Assembly: GCA_030324005.1 (NCBI GenBank) | Contig: JARDVH010000073.1 | Coordinates: 52,569,169-52,633,168, forward strand | Length of the DNA stretch: 64,000 bases | Origin: Negaprion brevirostris | Lineage: Eukaryota | Direction: 5' to 3' | Translations under genes and position numbers: made by a program | In this document: positions 37,700 through 49,569 of the stretch, one piece after another | Position numbering within the stretch: position 1 is the first letter of the stretch | Layout: the number at the start of each line of letters is the position of its first letter | The notes under the pieces: generated by a model | The model's input: the letters and a program-made list of their open reading frames with translations, nothing else | The model's database searches: none | Told to the model about the DNA's origin: nothing

Positions 37700-39830
37700 C
37701 AGCAGCAGGGTGGCTCAGGAAACTAACCACAGCACAGGAAGCCTTTCAAGTAAGGGGAGTTAAATAACTGGAGGACAGTAAACCCAAGAGCAGGAATCCA
37801 GAGAGCTGCATTGTCTATCTGGTCAAGGTTCAGGATATCTGGATTAGAGAAGGATTTGCAGTGGGAGAGGAAGATCTAGTGGTCGAGGAAGATCTAGTGG
37901 TCATGGTCCACATACGTACCAATGACAGGTTAAACTAGGAAATAGATTCTGTTTATGGGGTATGACCAGCTAGAGGCCAAGTAGAAACTCAAAAGGGAGT
38001 GATTTCAGGAGCATGATCTGAACCACAAAAAAAAATGTCATAGGATAAATCAGATGTGAGGAAGGACTGCACGGCTTAAAGACTGGTGTATAAGAAATGG
38101 GTTTCAAATCATGGAGCGTTGACACTAGTACTGGGGAAGTAGGAGCTGTACCATTAATTCAGTCTTTTCCTGAACACTGTCTAGTCATAACCAGGGAAAT
38201 AGAGAGGACTTTAAAATGAAATTAGGGGCAAAGGATTAAGTTGGAGTAAATGAGAGAAATAGGATGGCAAAAGAGCAAGGTAAGAATGTTAAATGATCAG
38301 AATGTACAAACCAAAGAGTGCTCCAAGACTAGAGGTTACAAAGAAAGTAGACAGAACTAAAAGGCTCTGTAGGCAAATGTATGTAGCATTCATAAAGATC
38401 AATTAACAGCACAAATTGAAATAAGTAATCTGATAGTCACTGGAGACATGGATGCATGGTGACAAAGACTGAGACATGAATGTTCAAGATTTAGGAAAGA
38501 AAGCAAGGAAAAGATGAGTAGGTAGCTCTGTTAAGGAATGATAGTCCAATAGAGATGACCTCAGTTTCAGCACATGCACATTTTAGTAGTTAATAGATGT
38601 GCTCTTTGATGCAAGAAATCTTATTTGATTGTCTTTAATTGTATGCAATAAAGAACCATTCTGATTTGGAAAAGGTATATCTTGGTCTAAAGAAAAAAGC
38701 TTCCTTTGCTGTGATCAATCAAGGATGACCAAATAGGAGAACGCTAATTCAATCCCCTCCTCAGTTATAACAGACCAGCTATACAGTGGGCGTGTAAGAA
38801 AGGTACAGCAATTAATTACAGGCAATTTTAATCTGCATATGGATTGAACAAATCAGATTGACAAAGTTAGCCTGGATCATGAGTTCAGTGTTGTCGCAAC
38901 AGTTTCTTAGAGCAACACTTTAGGCAGACATAGACTGCATGCTGATCTGGCAACATGCAATAAAATAGGATTAGTGAATGACCTAGTGAAGGTGTCCATG
39001 AATTTCAGTCTGAGAGGGGAGAGCATTTAAGACAAGCTTTTTTTTAAAAAAAAGGGCAATTTTGAGGGCATCTGGCAAAAATGAACTGCAAAATTAGGTA
39101 AAGAGATTTAATAGATCATGCAGTGGCAGACACTGAGGAAATATTTCAGAATAATCAGTAAAGATAGTCAATGCCCCATCAATGGCTAAAGTTAAATGTA
39201 CAACTCTGCAAGTCAGAAGAGTGTAAAATACAGCAGATAATTACTAAAAGATTGAGGAAGAAATTAGAATACAAGAGAAAGTAATTAGAAACATCAAAAC
39301 TGATACCAAGGTATGAGCATTGGCCTTCAAGAATGGGGAATTAATGGAATGGGAAAATGAAGTAATTGCAGGGGACTTGAATAGATATCTTGCATCAGTC
39401 TTCACTGTAGAGACACAAATAATATTCCAGAAAAAACTGGAGAAATCAGGTGAAAAGGAAGGTAAGTGATCAGCAGGGAAAGGGTAGAGAAAATCAGAAA
39501 TCAAAAGCTGCCAAGTCCCCANNNNNNNNNNNNNNNNNNNNNNNNNNNNNNNNNNNNNNNNNNNNNNNNNNNNNNNNNNNNNNNNNNNNNNNNNNATGTT
39601 ACAGCTACATCATGGTAGGAGCACAGTCAGAAAGGCAATAAGCTGTTCAAAGGTTCACCCATTACAGCTGGACTGGAAGATCCCAAAGTGGCTGTAAAAG
39701 TCCACCCAATGATTTTAAATTTTCCCAAAGTTGTCCAGATTCTGGATGCTCTGTCAGAGATAAAAGGAGGGTGACAAAGCAGGAAACTACAGGCTAGCTA
39801 CCTTATTGATTATAGGAAAGCTGAAAGACA
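37700..39830 (+). mobile_element. Degenerate CR1 LINE 5' half (ORF1 esterase, ORF2 endonuclease)
   Basis: VVMVHIRTND (esterase VHIGTND), VTGDM/ITETW-like, GNFNLH, YLASVFT, KSP remnants. Confidence 0.7.
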
Positions 39831-39861
39831 TTGGCTAGTTGGATCTTGCCATTTCACATAC

Positions 39862-40014
39862 CAGAATCCTTTCCAGACAAGGCCTTGGAAGTTACTTGCA
39901 CTTCTTTGATTTTATCTTCAGTGTCATCATTCAGCAACCCATTGCGAGGAACTGGAATTCTATCAAAGTAGGTACAGTTCAATAATTTGCCTATTGCCTC
40001 CTTCAGGTGTTTAT
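39862..40014 (-). CDS. CAPRIN2: Caprin-2 coding exon 6
   Basis: tcctag|(Y)KHLKEAIGKLLNCTYFDRIPVPRNGLLNDDTEDKIKEVQVTSKALSGKDS|gtatgt; 153 nt; phase 1/1; follows a 137-nt intron. Confidence 0.92.
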
Positions 40015-40151
40015 CTAGGAGAAAAAATTTAGAGGATAGTCACTATTGCACATCAACATGAGTACTCAATCCAGAAATTTGAGTCACAAATCTGACTAAT
40101 TAGTACACAAGATAAAAGCCCAAATCCACCAAGAAAAAGATTTGAACTTAC

Positions 40152-40234
40152 AGGTGCTACCAGCCACCATTTTATCAGCTCCTTCTAACAGCTCCCACAT
40201 TTGATTTGACACCAATTCTATTTGATCTTCAAGG
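40152..40234 (-). CDS. CAPRIN2: Caprin-2 coding exon 5
   Basis: tttcag|(S)LEDQIELVSNQMWELLEGADKMVAGST|gtaagt; 83 nt; phase 2/1. Confidence 0.95.
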
Positions 40235-41019
40235 CTGAAAAGACAAAGCTTCAGGTCATTCCTTTTCACTCCCATCACTGGGGATGTGAACACACCAGCA
40301 CCTCACTAAATGCTTGCCTCCCAGTAGCAGGGTATACAGAAATCCCTGCTTTTCAGACCAATAAAACAAGTTTAGTTTAAAATAGGGACTACAGTGTGCT
40401 TTATATACATTAAGGTATATAAAAGATACCTGTACAGACAATACATATGTTGAACAAGTAGAGTTAAACTGTATTTTTGTATTTTGTGAGCTTCAGTCAG
40501 ACAATTTACCCCTTAGCATAATGGGAAGCAAGTATAATTAGACAGATCACATACTTTTGGAACAATGAAGCATAGAGCATATATCCTATTATCAGGGGCA
40601 GGCCAGGCAGCTACTGGCATCCAAGGTTATCGAAATGAATAGAAGGATTCAGCTTCTAGCTGTAATGAATAGCTGCAATTCAACCTCTGCTGATAAAGGG
40701 ACAGAAAACAGACAAGAGAATACAACTCCCTTCGAGTTCTCAGGACTGCAGGTGTTAGGAGGCACCCTTGAACCTATCAGATTTGCGTAGGTAAGGTTAC
40801 TAGGCAACAGAGCAAAGAACTTCTGGGCTCAGTTGACTGATGAATTCCTAATTCTGCTGACAAGTAGAATGCTATTGGCCAAAGTAAATGAAGTGTACTA
40901 ATGTAATTGGACCATCCAACTTGGGTGAAATTTGGGCAGGAGGATCAAATCTTCAGACATGTACATCTGTTGTACTCATGTGTTGCAATATCACAGATCA
41001 GAATTTTATGACCATCTCT

Positions 41020-41825
41020 CTCCCAATGAGTGGTTGGAGGCTTACGTAGAGCGATAGCAGATGGAGTTTAACCTGGACAAATGAGGTAATGCATTTTGGA
41101 AGGTCTAATACAGATAGGAAATGTACAGTAAATGCCCGAACCCTTAAGAGTATTGATAAGCAAAGGGATCTGGGTATACAAGTACACAGGTCACTGAAAG
41201 TGGCAACGCAGGTGGAGAAGGTAGTCAAGAAGGCATATCTGATGCTTGCCTTCATCAGTTGGGGCATTGAGTTTAAAAATTGGCAAGTAACGTTGCAGCT
41301 TTATAGAACTTTAGTTAGGCTGTACTTGGAACAGTGTTCAATTCTGGTCGCCACACTACCAGAAGTATGTGGAGGCTTTAGAGAGGGTACAAAAAGATTT
41401 ACCAGGATGTTGTGTGGTATGGAGCACAGTAGCTATGAGAAGTTGGAGAAACTTGGTTTGGTCTCACTGGAATGATGGAGGTTGAAAGGCAACCTGATAG
41501 AAGTCTACAAGATTATAAAGGGGCATGGACAGAGTGGATAGTCAGAAGCACCTTCCCAGGGAAGTTGTCAATTATTTGGGAGCATAGGTTTAAGGTGAGG
41601 GGCAATGTTTAAAAGGAGATACATGAAGCAAGTTGTTTTTTTAAAAACAGAAGGTGGGTGCCTGGAACTCTCTGTTGGAGGTGGTCATGTAAGCAGATAT
41701 GAGAGTGACTTTTATGGGGTAGAGGTTCCCAGAAGGCTAGGAGATTTAGTTCAGTTGGGCAGCATGGACAGTGCAGGCTTGGAGGGCTAAAGGGCCTGTT
41801 CTTGTGTTGTAATTTTTTGTTCTTT
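41020..41825 (+). mobile_element. CR1 LINE 3' fragment
   Basis: MHFGRSN...QRDLGIQVHRSLKVATQVEKVVKKAY...LQLYRTLVR. Confidence 0.9.
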
Positions 41826-42880
41826 AAGTGTTGTTCAAATAAAACAACAGCATGGTCTTTGCAGGTCTGTGTTAAGCTAAGATCAGCTGAATGCAAGACT
41901 GCTCCCCCCCCCAAACTCACCAGGAGGCCCCAGGAAAATCCCCTTACACCCCCAATGACATGAAAATGTATTAAATCTGTGCCAAACCAAAAATCAGAGG
42001 CAGAAGTGCAGTTTTGTTCCAAGAAATAGGTTTAGATACTGGATTAATACACTTGAGACATTGATGNNNNNNNNNNNNNNNNNNNNNNNNNNNNNNNNNN
42101 NNNNNNNNNNNNNNNNNNNNNNNNNNNNNNNNNNNNNNNNNNNNNNNNNNNNNNNNNNNNNNNNNNCATTGATGTAAAACCCACTATCAAAAATTCTTCT
42201 CGCATTCACTTTCTCAAGGAACACTGCAGGAAAACAAGGTTGTAAGCAAACACATAGCTCATTAGCAATATTAAGTGAGACAGGAATTAGTGCTGAATGC
42301 AGAGTTGCCCCCATGATGCTAATTGATGGCAATTTCAACCTCTGCAGCAACCAAGACATCACTTGATACCACGGCAACACTGCTACCATCCAAATATCAG
42401 AAAAGAAAAATCTCTTCCAAAGACTCACTCCCACAAAAAGTTGTTCACCAGTGATAACAGATACTCCACTTTATTCTAACCCCCTGCTGCGCTCCACAAA
42501 TAGTTGCTTTCCTATAAATCAAGGTGCTCCTTTGAGACTGATACTAAAATGGAACAAGATATGCAGATTCTCAAGCATCTCTTCCAGGCACTCCCAGCTG
42601 TTAATCTTGCTTCAGAAGTCTATGGAGATATCACTTTAGATGGATGGCTAAATTTGCTGATCACCTATCTACATTTCAAAAGCAGAGAGTTTGAATTGCA
42701 AGTAAGTATTACTAATATCCATTTTAGAGCCTGGAACTCCCTACCCAACAGCATTTTCACCACAAGGACTGCATTCAAGGGTCAAACAACGAAAGTCAGT
42801 GGCAACCATTAAGCCAAGAAGAGATTTTGTAAAATGTCAGACAGATGAAGCAAACTACCTCATGTCAAGCCATTACTTAC

Positions 42881-43119
42881 GATATTCTTTCATCCCTTTC
42901 AGGGCAAGCAAGTTTGCAGAAGTCCTTAAGGAGGCTGATTTCCTTCCGAGAAATAATAAATGCACCATTAATGCCATCTTTGAAGTCATTCTGAACATGC
43001 TCCTGTTTGAAGTTCTCTAGTACATATTTAATATGCAATACTGTACGAAGACGGCGCTTCTCCATTTCTGTCCTCATGAGTTGCTCACGTCGCAGCATTT
43101 TCTTTTGTGCTTTTAGCAG
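42881..43119 (-). CDS. CAPRIN2: Caprin-2 coding exon 4 (HR1 dimerisation region)
   Basis: gaacag|LLKAQKKMLRREQLMRTEMEKRRLRTVLHIKYVLENFKQEHVQNDFK...ACPERDERI|gtaagt; 239 nt; phase 0/2. Confidence 0.95.
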
Positions 43120-43679
43120 CTGTTCAAAACAAAATACAGTTGAGTTTACACCAAAGTCTAATGTTCCCCTTGATAATTAGTCCACTAACTAGACCAGATT
43201 AAGACAGAGGCCTAGGTTCAATTCACCAATCTCAGTTTGAAGCAGCACAGCAAATGGCCTTCACGTGCTTTCATTCAGGGATTTGGGGAAGGAAAGTATG
43301 AGTTCATGCTCTTAGATCACTGTCCTTGATCAACCTTGATGTTAGTGTAAATTTGCATTCCCAGCAGACTGCCCCACACAAAGCTGCCTAAACCAGACAA
43401 TTTTAAACCCATATACTAAAAGACTGCACAATTCCAATCTACCAACTGGAATTGGCAACATTAAAACATGATGAATAAAGTAAGATATCACATCCAAGAA
43501 TGACTGATAGCCAGTTTTCAATGTTGGCTTAGCAAATCGAAAGCTTAGCTGTTGCAGCAACAGTAATGCCATATCTTGACATTTGCAACAATCAGGGACA
43601 GCAGATAGCACAATACAACTTCAACTGCAGCGCTCATTATCCAACCCTCAAACCCTTAGCAGCAAATGAAAGATCTTAC

Positions 43680-43766
43680 CTCTTGGTTGAGTGCAACAAA
43701 GGTTTTCTGCAGCTCCTTGGCAAATTCCAGATTATGAATTACTTCTTCATATTTGTCTACGGCATC
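43680..43766 (-). CDS. CAPRIN2: Caprin-2 coding exon 3
   Basis: tcacag|DAVDKYEEVIHNLEFAKELQKTFVALNQE|gtaaga; 87 nt; phase 0/0. Confidence 0.95.
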
Positions 43767-45279
43767 CTGTGAAAGACAGCATTTGGGCATTATGGTTTTG
43801 TTTGACAGTAACAAACAAAAGACCTCAATGACTAATGTCACTCAGGGATCACCAAGCTTTACTTATGGCATCTTAGCAAGAGGGGCCAGTTTACTGAGTA
43901 GTTGGCAAATGTTTAAAATATTTGCACTTTTTTTTTTAAAAAAGCATAATTCTAATCAAAGTTGTTTTCTCTTGCAAAATACGAAGTCAAGCCTTCAATA
44001 ATTAAGTGAGTACATTTGTCCCTTACTTCTTTATAATTGCCTCTCCCAAACCCCCACAAATAGCTTCTCATTAGGTCACAAAACTACCAAAAAACCACAG
44101 CAATGCAATTCATCTGGAAGGAGCTCGTTCGATTTTTCTCTTACCTCCTTCTATATATTGCACAATAGAGAGAAACAAAATGATGGTGCTTATAGGAAGA
44201 GGAAAGATCCATTTCTGGTGATGGATGTCCCCATTCTTGATCAGGTCATGCTTACTGATTCTCTAGCTTTACACAACCAGCTGCTCTAGCCAACATAGGC
44301 CACAAGAGGAGGGTTAACAAATGCAACAATGACAAAGGTGGGATTTAAATGCCAGATGTCACAATGTGCCAATGTGCATATGCACCACAGGATAACACTA
44401 CACAAACCTGCTGTGGATCCGACTCATCTTACTCCAACTTCTGGAGTCCCCAACAAGGACCCCAGCCCACTTTTCATCCAAGTGCCACGTCTCATAGTTG
44501 ATCATCAGGATTCATGATCAAAAATTTTCTCCAACGAAACTTTGGGATGCTGGAAATCATTATGTTTAGCCCCCTCCTCAAACTCCATTCCCTAGCCACT
44601 GTCAGACTTCATAACCTTGATTGATACCAAGAGAAGCACAACCCTACATCAAGTCCATCATAGAGACAGTTTGCTTCCACGGTCATACAACATTGCCTTT
44701 TGGGAAACTCTCACCCATGATCATGTTACACCAAGGTTTAATTGTTCCATCACTCTCCTAATTAGCACCTTTAAAAAGAGGTGGTCATTCAACCTCTGCT
44801 GCCTGGATACTATCTTGCCACCCATGCTCAGAGTTGTTTGTACTAGGCAGGGATCACATATCACCCTCACTTTCAAAATTCCTGTATGGCCTCTTGATCA
44901 CCAAATCTACCAGCCTGTTCACCAATCCCAAGTCTCAAATGGCTCAGTGTCAGANNNTGATCAAGCTCTTAGTGCAGCATTTGCAGGACATCTCACCATA
45001 AAAGGCAAAATACAAACTGAAACAGTGACAGGCATGTGAAGTTTGGATCAGCTAAAATCAAGGGTTGGTGAGCAGTGTACAAAACAATTCCAGGCTTTGG
45101 GTATGTCATTTGTATGAGAACGTGGTTTCATTGCAGCACTTGAGTATATTTTGCATCCAGAATCCAGCAAAAAACTGCCACTAGTTCTGAAAGCCTCACT
45201 TCACCCTTTAAGTTAGCAATTTAATATCTCCAAAGCAGAACTTCATACAAAATCCAGTTTCAGTGGTAAGATCATTCAA

Positions 45280-46015
45280 AGGTGATGCACAGACCTCTGA
45301 AGGATGCCACTCAAGTGGCTAGCGCTGTGAAGAAGGCTTATAGTGTGTTAGTGTTTATTAACATGGGGTTTGATAAGAGCTGTGGGGTTATGCTACAACT
45401 ATACCAAACGTTGGTGAAACCACATTTGGAATATTGTGTTCAGTTCTGGTCACCTCACTCTCAGTAGTATGTGGAAGCATTGGAGAGAGTGCAGAGGAGA
45501 TTTACCAGGATGCTGCCTAGTTTGGCAGCTAGGTCTCATGAGGAAAGGTTGAGGGAGCTGGGGCTTTTCTCTTTAGAGCAGAGGAGGATGAGAGGCCACT
45601 TAGAGGTTTATAAGACGAGGGGGATAGATAGAGTTGACAATGCAGAAACTATTTCCTCGGGCAGATGTAACTGTTACTAGGGGGCATAACTGCAAGGTTC
45701 ATCGTGGGAGATATAGGAGGGATGTCCAAGGTAGATTCTTCACTCAGAGTGGTTGGGGTGTGGAATACACTGCCTGCTGTGACAGTGGAGTCAGACACTT
45801 TAGGAATTTTCAAGCGGTTATTGGATAGGCACAGANNNNNNNNNNNNNNNNNNNNNNNNNNNNNNNNNNNNNNNNNNNNNNNNNNNNNNNNNNNNNNNNN
45901 NNNNNNNNNNNNNNNNNNNNNNNNNNNNNNNNNNNAGTGGGATAGCTTGATCTTGGGTTTAGACATAACACGTCAACATTGAGGGTCAAAGGGCCTGTAC
46001 TGTATTATGTTCTAT
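45280..46015 (+). mobile_element. CR1 LINE 3' fragment
   Basis: LYQTLVKPHLEYCVQFWSPH...ALERVQRRFTRMLP; tail tgtattatgttctat. Confidence 0.9.
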
Positions 46016-46180
46016 AGTAAATTGTGCCTGTACAGGTAGCCTAGGGAATGCCAAGATTGTTCAAGCAAGCTTAATGGAAGAGAACACTGTCAATTTGGTA
46101 AGAACAATGGCAAATGTTATGCAATTGGAAAATTTAGAAGATTATCAGCCCCCAGCATGAATCAATTCAAACATACATAC

Positions 46181-46240
46181 CAACTGATCTTGATTAAGTT
46201 CTTCTCGTTTTAGGCGTTCTTTATAGTCATCCAGTTTTGC
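46181..46240 (-). CDS. CAPRIN2: Caprin-2 coding exon 2
   Basis: ttccag|AKLDDYKERLKREELNQDQL|gtatgt; 60 nt; phase 0/0. Confidence 0.93.
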
Positions 46241-47522
46241 CTGGAAAAAGAATGAGACCACCACATGGTCATGCAACTGGAGTATGAGCTCACTTTTTTA
46301 AAAGAAGTGTTCACTGCATTCCCATTTGTTAAATTTGTTAAACTATATTCAACACCAGAAATACTTCTGTTTCACAATGTAACCTCAATGTCAAGCTGCA
46401 GCATTCGTGTCATCCACTGAAAGATGTAAAGTGCACAAAATGCTGCATAAAACAAGCAACATTACAAGCTTCACCCCAAAGAGGGCAATGGTAGGTCAAT
46501 TGCTGCATGCATTCTAACAGGACAGAGAACCAATCCCTGTCTGTGAAGTATGAAGCAGCTTTCGAGCAAGTTACTTAGACTGGCACGTTTTAGCAATAAA
46601 AACAGATAACCGGCTTATTAACAAAATAAAAACGTGCTGGAAAATGAAATTATTAAATTCTGTACAGATACTGCCAGACCTGCCGAGTTTTCCCAGCACT
46701 TTTTGGTTTTTATTTCAGATCTGCAGCATCCGCGATATTTTGCTTTATTCGCATTACAACCTTTTTTTTGGAAGGTCGATAGAGAGATTAATGCAAATAA
46801 CTCCAGCCTGGGGACACAGGTTTGTCTGAAGCAAATATATATTTGAAAATGTAAGCAATGCAAAAGGGACCAAGCTCCCTGATGAATGTGCAAAGGGATT
46901 ACACATTTGGGCTGTTTATGTTATGTGCAGTGATTTATCACTGAAGACAACTGGGGCAGCGAATGCAATTTAGACAAACATGTTCTGTGTGTGTTTGTGA
47001 CTGTAAGATCATTGAATTTTTGTTCAATAGCCCAGGGTGAACTAGTGTGTCCAATTTTATTTAGAAACCTCCAGATTTAGCCAACACGGCATTCACGCTG
47101 CTATTTTAATCTTCCACAAATTAGTGTTTAAGCATTCCACTTTTTTTTGGAAGGGGGGGGTTGAGAAAGGGTGGAAATCTAGCTGCGCAATGTGGGCGCT
47201 GCCCCTTTTAACACTTCAAATGCAAAACCTGTGTCCTCAATATAGAAAAGTAAGGTTACCTGTACTGTTTAAAAAACAAAAGCATTTTAGCGTAACGAGT
47301 AGCAAAACAATGCATAGGGAAAAATATATTTTTAATTACAAAGTTTAGGAGTTGACTGATTTTTGTTTCGCGGATGGGAGGGAGAAGTGTGTAACCCAAT
47401 GCAATGCAGCTGGACTGCAGCAACTGACACTGCAGAAATTATCCAGGTAACATTAAATGGATTCAGAGCCATAGGAGCGAGGGAGGGGGTTATGAGAGGA
47501 GAGGCGAAGATGCTCATGTTAC

Positions 47523-47762
47523 CTTCCTTTTCTCAATGTTTCGGATTTTATGCTTGAGACAGATCATGCCATTCTCCAAGTACGTCTCGTACGCCTGATA
47601 TTGGTTGTTCGCCGCCGCCAGAGCCTGGCTGAAGGGGGCCGGCCCCTGGACCACGGAGCTACTGCTGCCTCCTCCACCACCACCACCACCACCGCTGTTG
47701 CTGCTGCTACTGCCACCTCCACCGCCGCTGGAAGGCGACCTCTTCTCGGCCTTCATCTTCAT
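47523..47762 (-). CDS. CAPRIN2: Caprin-2 coding exon 1 (Gly/Ser-rich N-terminus, start of HR1 coiled coil)
   Basis: MKMKAEK...QAYETYLENGMICLKHKIRNIEKRK resembles CAPRIN2 QAYETYIENGLICLKHKIRNIEKKK (recalled); 240 nt; donor AAG|gtaaca; phase 0. Confidence 0.93.
47655..47730 (-). repeat. Coding trinucleotide tracts (GGN)n and (AGC/AGT)n giving poly-Gly/poly-Ser
   Basis: SSGGGGGGSSSSNSGGGGGGGGGSSSS read directly from exon 1. Confidence 0.9.
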
Positions 47763-47765
47763 CTT

Positions 47766-47846
47766 TCACCGGCTGTTGCTACCGCTACTGCTGTCTATGA
47801 AGCTGCTCCGGAGGGAGGGGAAGACAGGCAGCAGAAGCTGAACCAT
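47766..47846 (-). other. In-frame upstream ORF MVQLLLPVFPSLRSSFIDSSSGSNSR*
   Basis: ATG at 47846, 26 codons, TGA at 47768-47766, then AAG and the main ATG at 47762 in the same frame. Confidence 0.7.
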
Positions 47847-49054
47847 GGGAGAATGGGGAGTGTGCAAAGGGAGGCTGTCCAGCTGCTGCCGCTACACCAC
47901 TGGGTTATGAAGTGGATACAGGGGGGAGGATCTGCTACATCCTCCCGCCGGACTGTAGCCCGGCCTCCGGCTCGCGCCGCCGCTTTTATGTCACCGAATC
48001 CTGTGAGTTCTCCCTGCCGACACCACGTTCCATTGCGTCCCCCCAACGTTCCAATCAAACAGCACGCGCACCCCGCACCCGCCGCGCAATTCCGCCCGCC
48101 CGCAACATTGCAAATACCATTTTTTAAAAAAAATACGCTTGACATCCTTTTTTTCTTTTTGCAATTAAATGCAACGGGGGCAGATCGATTACAACGAACT
48201 CGCCATGTGGAAACCTTTGCAACACCAATCTAACATCAAAAACCAAATCAGTGCAACATGTACAAATAAAATGCAACGTTTATAATCGAAGCTCTCTTGT
48301 TTTATCTCAAAGCGGATGTTGGAATCTGTCTTGTTTTACCCTCCAAAAAAGTATTTGCAATGAACCTTGATTTTATTTATTTTTTGTATTTCTATTTGTA
48401 AAGTTTCATTGCCCCATCATAGTGTGATATATTGTCTTGAAGTTTATAGTCTCAATGTTGGAATTTTTATGTTTGCCCCACGCTATCATGATATGGATGT
48501 TTGCCCCACACGATCATGGTCATGGTAGGCATGGTCGTTAACAGCAAATGATAGATTCTAAACGAACCTTCCGTGCAAAGTGCTAAATTAGATGAAATAA
48601 TTATATTATTCTAAAAAAGATATTTTGCCCAATCTGTTGCATATTCAGTTCACTGCCTTTTTGTTGAATGTTATGGAGCAGATTTTCGAAGTTGAGCAAT
48701 CAGCAATATAGGAACTGCACTATTCGGCTGCTGTTATTTAAAGGGACACAGTTTAAAATGCCAAGAAAAATGTTTCCATTTGTAAACAAGCACCACGTGA
48801 TGACATCAATTATATCAAAATAGCCCATTGCATCACTGACTGACACGCGATGACGTAGGGAGATGTTTGTCAATCATTGGTGATGAGTCTCCCAGAGCAG
48901 TGTTTATTCAGAAGTCTATTTGCACCCAAAAAATTAATTTATCTCATCATCTGTACCAAACAAAAGTGGAAACCAGAATTAATGGAAATATGAATTATTA
49001 GGCAGTAAAAGTTTCCCTGAGCTAATCTTTCCCTACTCCTTTTTCCCTAGACAA

Positions 49055-49342
49055 TATCATAGCATCCCTAAAGTGCAGAAGGAGGCATTTGGCAGAATAC
49101 ACTAACGCTCAGACAGAATGTCTTATCCAGGCTCTCTCCCCCACCCTATTCCTGTAACCCTGCACATTCACATCGGCTAATCCATCTAACGTACACATCT
49201 TTGGACTGTGGGAAGAAACCGGAGCACCCGGAGGATACCCACACAGACAATGTGCAAACTTTGCCCAGACAGTCACCCAAGGCTGGAATTGAACTCAGGT
49301 CCCTAGCACTGTGAGGTAGTAGTGCTAACCACTGTGCCACTG
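49055..49342 (-). mobile_element. HE1-type tRNA-derived V-SINE
   Basis: A box tggcacagtgg, B box agttcaattcc, V-domain, CR1-derived tail. Confidence 0.85.
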
Positions 49343-49569
49343 TGTCAACAACTCTCTGAATGTGACTTAAGTCGCATCCCAGCCCCTCCAAGCCATCTCC
49401 CTCCAGTCAAACTCCATTGTGACAACAAACCCTACTGATTACAGGGGAAATGATTTTTCTAATCTTCTTTCCTAATGCAATGTTACTTCCCTGCAGTAGT
49501 AGAGCTTAAGAAATAGGAGCAGCAGCAGACTGTATGGCTTTCCAAGCCATCTCCATCATTCAATAACAG

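Larger units (their letters stand above)
47560..48110 (-). promoter_or_regulatory. CpG island and probable caprin-2 promoter/5' UTR
   Basis: Most CpG-dense stretch of the window; overlaps exon 1; CCAAT at about 48051 and GC box ccgcccgccc at about 48092. Confidence 0.75.

Noticed and set aside
37867-37902. Tandem 18-bp duplication gaggaagatctagtggtc
   Set aside because: Simple slippage inside a dead CR1; no spacer, not CRISPR-like
47550-48233. 227-aa plus-strand ORF antisense to exon 1
   Set aside because: Low-complexity shadow of GC-rich trinucleotide sequence; no recognisable domain
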